Shown: positions 1 through 14,000, counted from the stretch's first letter. The stretch: 64,000 nucleotides of DNA from Ptychomitrium polyphyllum (GCA_973851085.1 OZ316775.1:10850001-10914000); one strand, 5' to 3'. Program-made: numbers and translations. Notes: generated from the sequence alone by a model not told the origin.

Positions 1-744
1 TGTGTTTAGTAATTCTTGAAGGTCTGTAATAGTTGCAAACTTATTCTTTGATATTCTAGGCACGTAATTCATTTCTTAAGACTGTCAAAGACAAGAAGAC
101 TATGATTACCTTCAAAAGAAGGTAGTCCACGTCCTTTGAAAGATTGATCCTTCTTAAAAAGAAATGGTACTTGGTTTTTAAAAGATCGACCAATTTTAAA
201 TTAATTAGTTTAAAAGAGGGTAATCCAGAACCTCTAAGATGCTATGGGATCCTTAAAAAGATGGGTAATTCACAATCTTCTTCTAAAAATCTTAGCTTTA
301 ACAAAGATGAAAAGTAATTTTGCTAAACTGTTAGGAACATAAGAAATAAGAAACAGAAACGAAGTGTTTTCCAAGAATTAGCTTCCAAAAAACTAATGAT
401 TAACAAGAATTTGATACAAAGACTAAAACAAAGCAGGATACAAGATGATCAACAACTTGTGTTGGCAAGACTAAGGAATACCTTGTCTTGCCTCCTATTT
501 ATACTATGACGTTTGTATCTCTTAAGATACTTCTAAAGAAGCTTCCTACAAGGCTAAGAATATTTAAGAAGTCTAGGGAACCTTCCATGGAAGTTTCCTA
601 AGATGATGGAACCTTCTTAAGAAACTTCCTAAAAACATGGAAAGACTATGGAAATATTTGAAAGTATTTTAAGAAGCTACTATAATATACCAGAAGGTTC
701 TAGAATGTTCTAAGGATTATGTTGCCTGATCTATATCCGTGACA
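1..744 (-). mobile_element. LTR of a Gypsy-type retrotransposon, running off the left edge of the window
   Basis: The minus strand starts TGTCACGG at 744, a typical LTR 5' end. It is followed by low-complexity GAAG/CTTC-rich sequence and a TATA-like GTATAAATAGGAGG (minus strand, ~491-504). It abuts the plus-strand gag/pol remnant directly. Confidence 0.55.
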
Positions 745-3700
745 CTACGTACATATTGGATGAGAAGTACAACCACAATGCCAAATATTTTGCAAGAAAA
801 CAAGGACGTCTAGCCATAGTAAAAACTATGCGGTTGGATTTGCTTCATTTACAAGAAAAAAAAGGTCATGTTCTATCAACTCACTCTTCTTCATGTTTTA
901 TTATACCTATTTGTTTAGGTGTTCTAAAGCTCAAAAGCTCTGCTTCCTTTATTTTAATAGATTTAGAAACCTCTGCTTCCTTTATAGCCAATGAATTTTT
1001 GAAAACCTACAAGTTTTTTTAATTAGAAAATCCAAACATGTCCATATAAAGGTCATAGATGGTTGATTGCTATCTTTCAGAGATGTTATTTATAAGACTA
1101 ATCCATTGATTTTAACAATGGACAATTATAATAACCAAGTGATATTTAATATCATTAAGTGTCCATTAAATTCCATCATTCTAAGGCTTTCTTGGCTGAA
1201 AAAGTGCAACCTGCAAATAGATTGGGCATCCCGCAAAATATAATTTCCGTCATTAGAACTAGTAATTATTAAGCCTATAGAAGAAATTGAAGCATCTTAT
1301 ATATTTAAGACCATAAAGCCTCTTTTTATTGGAGTTAGAGCATTTATGAGAGCAGCAAAGATTGGTATTTTTTTGCTGTGTATGCAGCTTCAACGTTCAA
1401 AGTTGTAGCTTCATCTTCAACCATTCTAGATAAGTATAAGGAGTTCAACAATGTATTCAAAAAATAGAATGCAGATAGCCTACTAGAACATAGTTCCTAC
1501 AACTACGACATAAACCTCCAAGATGGCACGTAGCCACCATTTGGACCTATCTATAATTTATTCCAAAATTAGCTTTTAGCATGAAGGATATATATTGATG
1601 AAAACTTAGCCAAAAACTTCATTTGACATTCAGAGTCTTTTATTAGTACTCCAATATTTTTGGTAAAGAAGAAAGATGGATTTTTACAAATGTGTGTTAA
1701 AAACCACAGCCTCAACAAAATGACAATGAAGAACCGATATCCATGGCCGCTTGTATTTGGACTTCTTAATCAACTTGGTCAAGCAAAGATCTATACCAAA
1801 ATAGACCTGCAAAGAGCCTACAATTTGGTGCACATAAAAAAAGGAGACGAATGGAAGACAATTTTTTTAACAAGGTATGGATATTTTGAATACAATGTCA
1901 TGACTTCTAGATTTATCAACGCACTGGCCATTTTTCAGCACTTGATGAATGACAAATTTCAAGAGTGCCTTCATGATTTTGTCGTACGTTCTTTGGATGA
2001 TATTTTGATCTATTCAAAGAATCCAGAGGAACATGAATAACATGTCTACATAGTCCTACAAAAGCTATAAGATGCCGATTTGTATGCCAAGCTGGAGAAA
2101 TGTGTATTCCATGAATCTTTGGTGGAATTCCTCAGATATATCATCTTCAATTAAGGACTATTAATGGATTCAAAGAAGGTTGAAGCTATCACCAATTGGA
2201 TGAGGCCAAGGTTGATACGTGATGTCCAATGTTTTCTTGAATTTGCAAACTTCTATAAGATCTTCATCAATGACCATTCTCAAATAGTTGCACCACTCAC
2301 GCAATTAACATGCAAAGAAAAGCTTGAGTGGAGACCCGATGCTGAGGATGCCTTCCAAAATTTGAAGGGAGTTTTTATCACATCTCCTATTTTGATCAAT
2401 CTGGACTTTTCAAAGCAATTTTATCTTGAAATAGATGCTTCTGACTTTGCACTAGGAGCAATTTTGCCACAAATGGAAAGAAAAAGAAGACTTCATCCAG
2501 TTGCATTCCATTTTCAAAAAAATTCAACTGTAGAAATCAATTATAAAATCTATGACAAGGAACTCTTGGCAATTATAAATTCTTTCCAAGAATGGCATCA
2601 TTTGCTTGAGGGTGCTGCGCATCCAATTATTGTATATATAAATCACAAGAAGTTGGAAGATTTCATGTCAGCCCGTATTTTGAATTGCCACCAAGCTCGT
2701 TAGAGTATGTCCCTATCTCAATTTGATTTTTGCATCACATATTGATTTGGAAATTAGCAAGGATTGTCAAAATCCTTTGTCAAGGCAATCATATCTTGCG
2801 TCAAAGGAGGGAGAGGCAATTCACGATCAACAATGAGCAATTTTGTTGAAACCCAAACAATTTTGTGTATGCACAACCACCATTTCAACTTCGGTGGATT
2901 CATCATTTCTTGACCACGTTCGTGTGGCATTTACTAAGGACCTTCTTATTTTTGATATCAAGCGTCGTTCCAACAACCTCCCTGAAGATGTATCTAAATT
3001 CAAATTAGAAGAAAACCTTCTCTATTTTTAAGAACATCTATATATTCTTAAAGAACCAGTTCACCTTTGTATACTTCAAACACGTCATGACTTTCCTGCA
3101 ATTGGACATTTTGGATTCAATAAAACTTTTGAACTCTTCTCTCGAGACTTTTGGTGGCCTCAAATGTGGAAGGCCATTAAAAAATTTGTACTCTTGTATG
3201 ATACCTACTTTAAGTCAAAAAATACTTGTCACCATCCATATGGACTTTTCCAACCACTACCTGTTCTAAGGCAACCATGGTCGTATATTTCAATGGATTT
3301 CATTATAGATCTTCCATTGTCAAATTTTTTTTATACCACTTTTGTTGTGGTAGATCGGTTGACCAAGATAACACATTTTGTACCTTGTAAGAAGACAATT
3401 ATGGATGAAGAGACTGCCACACTCTTCATAGATAATGTCTACCGCTACCATGGATTATCTAACAATATTATATTGGATTGTGGACCACGGTTTGTATCAA
3501 GATTTTGGAAGTCTCTCTTTGTAATCTTAAAGTGGACATAAAACTTTCTTTTGCCTTCCATCCTTAGACCAATGGCCAAACAGAGCAAGTCAACCAAATC
3601 TTGGAGCAATATTTGAGATGTACCATCAATTACCAATAAGATTATTGGACTTCCTATTTGCCATTGGCTGAGTTTGCCTACAACAACACTGCTTACGCAT

Positions 3701-4362
3701 CCATCCAACAAACACCATTCTACTCCAATTATGGACATTATCTAAAGATGGATACATTACAACCTCTATGATCTGAAAATTCAGGACTAGAGAAATTTCC
3801 CACAAGAACGGCAGAGCTTCAAACAACCATGAAGACTCAATTAAAAGAAGCTCGGAAACGAAACAAAATGGCAGGAGATGCAACAAAGAAGGAACAACCT
3901 CCATTCCAAGTTGGTGAGAAGGTGTGGCTCTTTTGACGCAATATAAGGAATAGTAGGCCATGTAACAAGCTGGACTATTGTAGATTGAGACCATTTGCAA
4001 TCAAAAAACAAGTCAACCATGTGGCATATTGTTTGGAATTACCAACATCAATGAAGGTACATCTTGTCTTTTATGTTTCACTTTCAGAAACTTATAAAGA
4101 ATCAAGTATCTTTGGACAAAAGTAGCTGCTACAACGTATGGTCAAAATTGACGATCATCATGAATTTAAAGTGGAAGAAGTACTTGACTCAGGTATAAGA
4201 CGTAGAAAACTACAATATTTGGTCCATTGGCACAGATATGGCATAAGTGAACGTACATAGAAGCCAACTAACAATCTTGTCAATTTAATAATAAAAGTTT
4301 GTGAGTTCCATCAACAACATCCATTCAAACAAAGAGTAGTAGCATATGGAATAGCGGCTTGA
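745..4362 (+). mobile_element. Degenerate Ty3/Gypsy chromovirus: gag tail plus pol (protease, RT, RNase H, integrase, chromodomain), pseudogenised
   Basis: Protease-like ILIDLETSASFI (~950). RT motifs KNRYPWP, YTKIDLQRAYNLV, GDEWKT and SLDDILIYS (YLDD decayed). RNase H DASDFALGAIL and IYDKELLAII. Integrase HDFPAIGHFG, ISMDFIIDLP and VVVDRLTK. Chromodomain EFKVEEVLDSGIRRRKLQYLVHW at 4141-4320. The RT-RH-INT order is Gypsy. Many stops and frameshifts. Confidence 0.95.
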
Positions 4363-4718
4363 TAAGGTTGCATAACCTTGAAGGCTCTTGATGCTTGGGC
4401 TTTTAAATAGGAAAGAAAACCATTCCTAGATCATAAGTTTCCAAAGCCCCAGACATGATTTAGAAATTAGTCGTTTATATTTTGAAGTTTATCATAGTTT
4501 CTTGAAACTAGCTTGATATATTAGATATTAATAGTCAAGGTGCAGATAATAAGCCGAAGATGTGAACCCAACCAGGTAGCTCTTGTTGACAACCTTGTGA
4601 TGAAGAACAAATTGGACCAAGAAGACATCTAAGGATACCTAGCAACAGATGGTTAGTGATTTTCTTTGAAGTAGAACAAGCTTACAAAGATTATTTAGAA
4701 GTAATGTTTGAAGGATGC

Positions 4719-5755
4719 TGTCGTGATGTAATTAATTGTATAATTTAAAACTTGAGTAATATTTATTATTCGGTGTATTTGAAAAAGAGTATTAGGAAAA
4801 AAAATAAAAATTAGATTAAAATAAAGGTCGTGGTGAAACCACAATTTTTATTTGTTTTGGAGATGGAACCGCATCTTGTCTTAGCTCAGGGTGATTATGC
4901 CGATTAACTGTAATTTTTCTTGCTTGCCGTTTTCGCTAGCAGTACCAAGTCAAGTGCTGCCGTTCTACTCAACGAATTCAACAAGAATTAAACTCAGACT
5001 GGTTCAGCAGCTGAAACTTATCATGTCAACCAAGTTCATGACTTGGTGTCTGAACCTACTTTGACAATGGTTTTATTCTTAACTTGTTTCTTATTGAATT
5101 TCAACCTTTTTCCTACTTTCTTTAATTTATTTTAGTTTTTTTTAATTTCTATTTTAGACTTCTGAGGGTTGATTTCAGCTTCTTTGTAATTGGAACCTAG
5201 AAGTTTCAACCAAAAGAAAGAAAAGAAAGAAAAGAAAGAAAAGCAAATGACAAGGATTTATGTTGTTTTTTATTTGAAGATATGGTTAGATAAGGATTTA
5301 ATAAAAGAAATTAGGCGTTGATGTAGAGAGATATAATTGATGTGGAGAGATAAAGGGCGGATGTGGCGGTTTGACCACCGCCCTCTTCTTCTCTCTTGGC
5401 CTCTCTCACTAGAATAAAAAAGCAGCCTTCTTTGGATGAAATCTCATAGTATACTTCTTAGTTTGAATTGATTTTTTTTGGATTTTTTTTCTTTCTTTGT
5501 AAACTTTCTAGAAAGCCATCACATGCTCCATTTAGAGTTAGTAAGGTATCGTGGCTTTAGTTTGAGTAAAGTTAAGTTAGCTGCCTTGAGTTTTTGAAGG
5601 CAGCTAGTTTAAACGTTTGTAACTTCTTGTAGAAACGTTTATTGTAAGTGAAATTTTTAGAAAAAGGTTTTGATTACTTTGGAAAGATAGTGTCAAAATT
5701 TAGTGAGCATTAGACTTCTTGAGTAAAAGATGCAAAGACAAATACAACCGGGACA
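4719..5755 (+). mobile_element. Probable ~1 kb LTR of a second Gypsy family, followed by decayed internal sequence to ~6200
   Basis: Begins TGTCGTG and ends CGGGACA (degenerate TG...CA inverted termini). Contains a 10-bp hairpin at 5578-5606 and an (AAAAGAAAG)n tract. No target-site duplication found. Confidence 0.4.
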
Positions 5756-6477
5756 TAGAAGGCAGTGTACATTAAAGTTTGAGATTGTACAATTTGGGTC
5801 ATTATAGATGATAAAAGGGTTTTCTAAGGCTGATCTTATGACAAGGTGTTTACTATAAGATGTGTATAATGTACAAAAAATTCAAAATTTAAATTTATTA
5901 TAAAAAAAGAATTATAAAGTGGTAAAGTGATAGGGATATAAGAGCTGTTGTAATGAAGAATGTAAACTTTGAAGTTATAGATCTTAGAGAGTACTAAGGA
6001 TTTGGCAATCAAAATTTATATATAGCCTACTAAATATTTTAAGAAGGTTTTGTTAAAATTTTAGGTGCTTTGGATTAGTTTGCTAGAAGTTATGACATAT
6101 TTAGCATTCAGGATTTTCAAGGCAACGTAGAGGGAAAATTTGGGGTAGGAAATTTGCTTCATTGGGTGTTAGAAATAGAAACTCTTCATGCATCTTGATC
6201 TTGATCAATTAAATGCTAAGAAAGACCTTGTGTTTCCTATAGCTACCACTTTCACTACGACAACGCTTTCACAACAAAGATACAAAAGATTATGCTTGGT
6301 CCCAAGTAGAAGGCATTGGACACTATTGGTGGTTATAAGAACCCATGAATCATTTGAATTGTGAAAGGCAATTGGAGTATATTGCAGATACCATGCGACA
6401 AATTTTTGACTTCTTACGGCTTTGAGTACTTATTGCAATATGCTCCTTGAAGACCTCGGAGCTGGAATGAGAAGTGA

Positions 6478-6893
6478 TGTCACTTACATACATATTAGAA
6501 GCATCTAAAAAGATTCTTAGAAGGTTTAGAAATCTTCTAAAGAAGTCACCTTGACTTAAGAAATTACTATGGAAGTTACCTTAGCTTAGGAAATTACTAT
6601 GGAAGTTATCTTAGTTTAGGAAGCTTCTAAAGAAACAATTCAAGGTCATTTGAGTACGAAGCAATATAGTAAAACTTTCCAAGAAACTTCCAAGGCTTGT
6701 AATTTTAATATATAGGAGTTGAGGTTGAAAGGATCTTCAATCTTAACAACACATCTCTTGTGGTTTAGCTTAGATGTTCTGGCCTTATCTTTGTACCTTC
6801 TTATAGCTTTTTACCTCTAATATTCCTTGGGCATATCTTGTTCCACATCCTGGAATTCTGAAACCTTATCTTATAGTTACTTTGACCGTAACA
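6478..6893 (+). mobile_element. LTR, probably the 3' LTR of a decayed Gypsy element
   Basis: TGTCAC...GTAACA termini. Preceded by a purine-rich PPT-like GGAATGAGAAGTGA. Internal 29-bp tandem duplication (AAATTACTATGGAAGTTAYCTTAG) and a TATA-like TATATAGG at ~6710. Confidence 0.65.
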
Positions 6894-7090
6894 ACTAATA
6901 CAATACTTTGTATTCAAGCAATTTTAAGTTGCTTCTTTGAACATTTTTTTGGCTTGTTGAAACATTCTAAATTAAAGTATTTAAAACCCAGCTTTAATGC
7001 AGTATTTAATAAAAAGCTTTCAATTAAATTGTAAGAAAAATCATAAATGTTTATAGTTATAAAAATACTTACCATTTTTTTTTTTAAATT

Positions 7091-7093
<3 letters not shown>

Positions 7094-7145
<52 letters not shown>
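7094..7145. repeat. (AT)n microsatellite
   Basis: Uninterrupted AT dinucleotide run of about 52 bp. Confidence 0.98.
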
Positions 7146-7150
<5 letters not shown>

Positions 7151-7269
7151 ATAAAAGGGATATTATTTGTATAACAAGTAATTTGCAACAAAGGATAAAA
7201 CTCCTAAATTGCCTCTGTAAATCATTAAGCTTTATATACAAGGCCTAAAATGAGTAATATCTTCATTTC

Positions 7270-7650
7270 TCATAGACATATATTAAAAGATTCAAGGAGG
7301 TCCAAAAAAGTCTAAGTAGGTTCTAGAAAGTTTAAGCATTTCCAAAAAAGTGCTAAAGAAGCTATTTTGGTTTCAAAATGTTTCAATAAACCAAGAAAGC
7401 TTTCAAAGAAGCAACTTGAAACAACTTCAATACAAAGCATTATCTTGGAGTTTCTTAAGAAGCTTCTATAGGATTTTATACTTGTAATACATATAAGAAT
7501 GAAGGATAAGGGGATCTTTAATCTTGACTATACATCTTTTGTATTCAAGCTCAAATATTTTGGTCTTGTACCTTGTTGTGATTCCTTATTTTTTATCCAC
7601 AATCTAAATATTCCATTTCTTTGTCATGAAAACTTGTCATGAAAACTTGC
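7270..7650 (+). mobile_element. Second, more decayed copy of the 6478-6893 LTR family
   Basis: GGATCTTTAATCTTGACTATACATCTTTTGTATTCAAGCTCAAATATTTTGGTCTT (~7512) aligns with GGATCTTCAATCTTAACAACACATCTCTTGTGGTTTAGCTTAGATGTTCTGGCCTT (~6731). Boundaries are approximate. Confidence 0.55.
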
Positions 7651-10600
7651 CTTCTAATAGCTTCATTAAAGACCGAATAATTTTTTTTTCTTATGGATGT
7701 TGTTTGGATCAATTTCAAATTTCCAATTTTGATTTTTTCATCACTTTTTCTTTTAATATTGTGCATTTTCTATAATATACATGGAGTATTTCATATTATA
7801 AATATCATACATGTTAGTAATGTATCAAATTCCCACTCTATTATAAGTTTTTCAACATCAATTGACATTATTGAATTCATGAAGTCGTCCAAAATTGGAT
7901 AACTAAATTATTAGTAAAATTCAAATTTGCGTGCCAAAAGAACCAAATTAAAATGTACATAGAAATCAAACTTTTAATATTTATATTTCATTATGTCATA
8001 TTGAAGATATTACCAAAGATTTCAGCTTGTAAGAATTTAATAATACAATACATAATCCATTGTTTTTTAAAATACATTCATTTGCAGAAAGTGATACTAA
8101 AATTATGAATGAATTTAGTTGTGGATTAAAAATCAATCTTTTTTTCTTGTCTCTATAATTTGATGTAATTGATAATTTGGAATTTTACAAGCTCAAAGAG
8201 GATTTTTCATATTCCATTTTGCTATCAAATATATTTGTTTCTAAGAAATCAAAGAAAGATATAACTAAATTTTATGATTTTTTTATATAAGAAATAAAAG
8301 CTTTGATGGTTGAATCTATTTTATATTTGTATATAATATTTTGAAGGTATAAACAAAGAGTTCTTATATCAATTCCAACTATTTTAAAATATCATTTAAT
8401 AAATTTAGGAATCATTAAAAAAAACTTGTTTATAAAATAAATCCAATCTAAACTTAAAGTGACACTATTAAAGATATATTTGAACTCAATTAATATTTGC
8501 AAAAGATTTAAGTGATGTTTTATAATATATTTTTTTATAAGAAGAATATAATAAGATTAATTATATTTAACCTTAATTTTTTTAAATATGCGTGATAATT
8601 ACAAATAAAATTGCACATATATTTTTTATAAAGAAAAGAATTAACTAACTAGACATTATTGGTAGAAGAAAAATTTATGATATTTAACTACTAAGAAATG
8701 ACATTATGTTTGAAGAGAATTTTAATGGACTATATGCTTTATAACGTGTTTTTCAAATATGATATCAAATTGAGAAACAAAAAACAAGCTTTAGATTTTA
8801 AATATTGCAGTTTGTTATTAAATTTGTCTATTCCTATGGATGAAATCTAAAAACTTTCCATATGTGTAAGAATATGAAACTTTGTTGCTGAAAATCCTTT
8901 ATTTTGGAAAGTGGTATGATTGGTTTATATATGTTTTTAGATAATTTGAAAATTAGTAAAATTGTTAATAACCAAATTTTATATTTTTATGTAATTGGAA
9001 GATTGATATGATCAATTGAGATTATTGAATTATTTTTTTACATAAAATTAATTTTTATTAAATCGTATCACAAATCTTAATTAATTTGAAGAATAGTTTA
9101 GCTTGTTCTTAATTATTTGTTTGTATTTCATCCATCACCTTTTTATCCAAAGAGGACTTAAATAATTTAAATTGAATAATTCATAATTTATTCATAAAAA
9201 TAATAATTATAACTATATAGACTTTGAAGTGCAATCTTTTAATAAAAGAAAAAAATCAATTAAAACTTCAATGTAATAAACTTATAAAGATAAATCAATG
9301 AATGTAATAAAGTCTTATAAAAGAGATTCTGATATATTAAAAACTTGTTGTAAAAATTAATAATTAATTGAAAAAAATAAATGGATGAGATGTTTTAAAA
9401 TGAATATACGAATTTTATTAAATTTCACAAATTCCATCAATTAACTTTGTATCATCTATACAACAACGTATTATTCTCTTATGTTTTAATATTAATAACT
9501 CTTTACGAACTTAGAGTTGTGTAATAATATTTATATGAATTAATTTTTTTTAAATCATATTTATTTAAAATGCAATCATTGAATATAAGAGATTCTATTA
9601 AAACAATGCTTTTGAAACTTATTAAAAACTATTTACTCACTTTAAATAGAGTTGAATGTTTAATTTGTTTGGTTATAAGATGAAAACAAAGTAGGAAAAA
9701 AAAAAAATGTAACAAAAGAAAAAGAAGTCCTTAATGTCATACATTAGCTTTAAAGATTGTTTATGGTAAAACTTCAACTTTTGCCTTCCATCAAATAGAG
9801 AACGTCCAATAACAAGTATTGCCAATTTTTGTGTTTGAAAGTCTATACGCAAGTCTATACCACTATAATATCATAAGATCGCTAGTACAAGTTGCCGCTG
9901 CCAAGAAGCAAACTTGGATCACACGTAGCAAGCAAAAACACTTGCCAATATACTATTGACTTCCAAATTCACTTGATCACATTGTTGCAATGCGCAAGAC
10001 TAGAATATAAAGAAATTAATCTTGCCTGAGTGATTGTATAATATGTATGTGCTGTAGAGTTTCTCATGTTTTGAGTGGAAATGGCACATCCTCCGTGCAG
10101 CTCCCCGCAGTGGACACGTTTGTACCCACAAGCAACCACTTCCACTTTCTCAAGGTGCAAGCACACTCCCACTCTTGGATTGTATTACTGGACCAACTTA
10201 TTCATCATCTTGTTTTTGAATGTTCGCACCAGCTTCACAACCACTACTCCAGAAAGAATGGTTTAAAACTATGAAATTACCACTTCGAACATGTCAACGA
10301 CCTCACAGTGATGACTGCTTCGGGCGAAGCACTGACCTTGTATGTGTCCAACCATACTAAATCTGGCCCTTGAAACTCTCTTGGTGCCTTATTACAGTAG
10401 TCAACTCCGGTTCCGCAGTACGCGGGACAGAATAATTCATGACCCAGTCACACCGAAAGAGAACACGCTAATAAGAAATGGAGCCAATCATGTCGGATTG
10501 ATATAGAAATGTCAAGAGCAGAAGCGAACGTGAGCGCAGGAGTTTATTCTCGTAATGGGCACTCACTTCCCATTTCTATGTACAATGCTCTTTCACCAGG

Positions 10601-11078
10601 AAGAGCCAGTGTTGCAAGAGCAACAGTTTCTAGTTAACTTTGATATAGGTATTCTCTGCTAAAACTGGTGTCTGAATAAGGTCAGGAGGTGAAATAATTT
10701 TGGTTTTTCTCTTGATACACGCTGTGAGCAATACTGATAGTAGCAACGCCTCATCTATACACACAAGAGCGAAAAGGTACATGGGTGTGTATCTTTTGCC
10801 TGTTATATCTCAATCTTCTCCAACCGAACTTTGCTCATAGAAAAGCATCACCCGAGATGGGAATGGTGTTATGTCCAACAGGGAGTATAACCAACTCAGA
10901 AGAAAAATTGCGGGAGGGTGGGTCACTTGAAGTAGCTCAGTTGGTCAGCTTTGGGAGAGCAAATGAAGTGCTTGACCCCTCAACAAATAGGTTCGTTTGT
11001 ATTTACTCAAGTCAGTTTGAGTTGATTGGTGTGCAGTCGTTATACGCTCCAGTTTTATTTGGCAAATCTTGAGGTAAA

Positions 11079-14000
11079 CTACAGACTAAAATGGCTGATG
11101 GTCGTTTCTAGGGCCTGATGTGTTGGTCCCACTATATCCTTCACTTTGAAACCGTTCTTGTAGATTTTAAATGTAGGTACGAAGCTCACACCTTCTGCCT
11201 TGGCTAAGTATGGATTTTCTTCCACGTCCACCTGGAGGATTGTCAAGTAGTATGTTAGACTTCTATATGCATTATACAACAAAACAGCATCAAAGAAGAG
11301 AATTAGAACGCATGTAAAGGAGAGATATGGTTTGGTAGCGAGAGGGGAGGAATTTGGTTGCATTTCAGGGGGGGAGAATAATTACCTTCAGAAAATTGAC
11401 TGAAGGATGTAATTTGCAAAGTTGGTCAACATAGGTTGCCATTTGTCTACATTTATCGCTCCATTTTGTGTTGAACTGAACCACTGAAACACCTGTGATG
11501 ACACGGATTCTGGATCAGAATTGGATGTAATTCAATCACAAAGAAAATACGGAACTCAACACATATGAAACTTGCATTAAATTTCAAATCCTGAAAGAGA
11601 ATTTTGTAAAAATACCTGGCTGTGAGATAGCTTCTCTCAGTCGATCGCTACTAGAAATGTCTTCAACTTTGCCTCCATGTTGTGATTCAATCACTTTCTC
11701 ACCTTTTGCCTTCTTATGTGCAACCTGCACTTGAAATAAGGTTTTCGCAATGTCCAAATCCCCTGGCATTTCCTTCTTTAGAGTTTCATAATCCCTCATT
11801 GCTTTATCCCACCTCTCCATCTGTTGCGCCATGGAAGACAGTCACACAATCAGCCACTTAATCAACAAGATTCAACAAATACATCACTAATTTCTAGAGC
11901 TTTGGGCATCCAAATGCAAGGGATTTAAATGGGTACCTTGACATAACAGTTCGCACGTCGCAGAAGTGCTTTAAGATAATTGGGTTGGGCATTCAATGCA
12001 GATGTGCAGTCTTCCACAGCCTTCTCATAATGACCCAGCTTTAGTCTGCAAGCAGCTCGATTGCACAGCAAAATGGCATTGCTTGAGTTATACTGAAGTC
12101 CCTCGCTGTATGCAACAGAAGCCTCGAGTATCTTCCCTGCTTTGTACAAATCATTGCCTACTGTTCGCGCATTTGCAACTGCTCGGGCTTGCCTCAACGT
12201 GGGCGACACTTCCACGTTCTTAGGATCATAGTGAGCAGCTTTCTCGGCAGCAATAACAGCTCCTTCAAATCTGTTCAAAACCAATTTCATATTAAAGTTA
12301 ACATCCTACTTTCATACTTGCAATAAAATCTCCATAGTTGAAAAATATTGCGACATCGAAAATGTGAATCAAGAATGGAAGCTTCTTATTAAGTACCTGC
12401 CAAGAGCCATGTCAATTTGAGCTTGCACAAGAAGCGTAGTAGTGTCTGCTGCCAAGCTCGTGACCTTGCGTAGGGCGTTCTCAACCTTCTGGGCAGCTAG
12501 AAGAACAGTCTCTGCATCTTCATGCTTCTGTTGCTTCAAGTATGCCTCCGCTTTCAAAGAGAACAGCTGTAATAACAAGAGCATCAACATGTGAGCACTT
12601 GAACCGGAAGTCAAAGAGAATTTGACTTCCAAGGGAACCAAGCACTCTCCTTATATCTGCTAGCAAAACTCAATCACGATGATTAACAAAACACAAGGTT
12701 AACTAAACAACTACAAATGTTTATCAGAAACATACCTGAGGTGCAGAATCAGCCCCAGCAACAACAGCAGCGTCACTTTCTCTCATAACAGTCTCCCAAT
12801 CACCAGACTTCCTGGCTTCCAAGCACTTGGTTACATGCCTCTCCACTCTCGCAATCCGTTGCACCTCCCCAATATCACTCTGCTGACCAGACAGTTTCAC
12901 ATGCTTCTTAGCACTCTGGATGCGGCCCAACCTCAGTAGCAAAGAGGCAAGTCTTTGATGAGCCCGGAAGTAGCTTGGGTCAAGCTTAATGGCTTCCTCG
13001 CATTCCCTCACAGCCTCTGGAAGCTTCCCAAGCGCGGTCAGAGCAGCACCTCGGTTACTGCGATATGATGCCTTGTGAGGAGCCAATTGCACCGCCCTGT
13101 CGTACAAAGTTAGCGCTTCCTGAAAGCTCCCCTTCTTGTATTGCTCATTTCCAGCTCTCTTCACCTCTTCTGGGTCAGCACAAGACAGCATCTTCTTGAT
13201 GTGGAGACCCTCACCGGCTGAATGAATATTCCCTCTTCCGAAAAAAGCCTCCGGAGATACTCTCGGAGTGTCGCATCTTGGAGCTATTTTGGTGCCATTG
13301 CCACTCGTCGAACCTCCTCCGAACATCATTTTTCCAGTCGTGGGTGCCACTACTGGAATGGTTGTTTTGACTGATGACAACCGAGGAGTTGCTGAACCTG
13401 CAAAGAAAACCGCAAGAAAATTGTCAGGAAATTTATTCGATCAGTATAAGACGAAACGAAAACAAACAGTCGTTACATTGAGACTGATTTCCCATTCAGG
13501 AGTGAAACACTACCTGCATTGATTCCACCACCTGAGTAAGAGCCAGCGGTTGCACCTCCAAGCAGGTTACCCACATTACAACTGGCGCTTCTGGCGGGAT
13601 GTGGGGCTCCATTTGATGGAGCTGGAGGGCTGCTTCCAGTACCAGAACGGTCACCTGTGAACAGATTTTCTGAGCTGCCAGTGCGAGCAACTGTAGGACT
13701 TCCACCCATGGAGCTTCCTTGAGAGCCCACACTCCCATCCTCAGGGCTAGACCGCACCTTCGTCTTCATCCCCCACGCACCCTCCTTCGAATTCTCATTG
13801 CTAAGGGAATACCGTTCCAACTTCGGCCCACTATCCGAACTGAAGAAATCAGCAGCTGCTCCTCGCAGAGCACCCATGTCGGAGCTCCCCCTCCTATGCA
13901 GCCTGGGAGTTTCAAGAACCTGCTGTCTCAGAGCAGCTTCGGCGACCTCCTGCCTCGTTCTCTCTCTGGAAGTGTATCCAGGTGGGCTTTTCGGAGGTAT

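Noticed and set aside
7041..7241. ORF containing IYIYIY repeats
   Set aside because: Translation of the (AT)n microsatellite.
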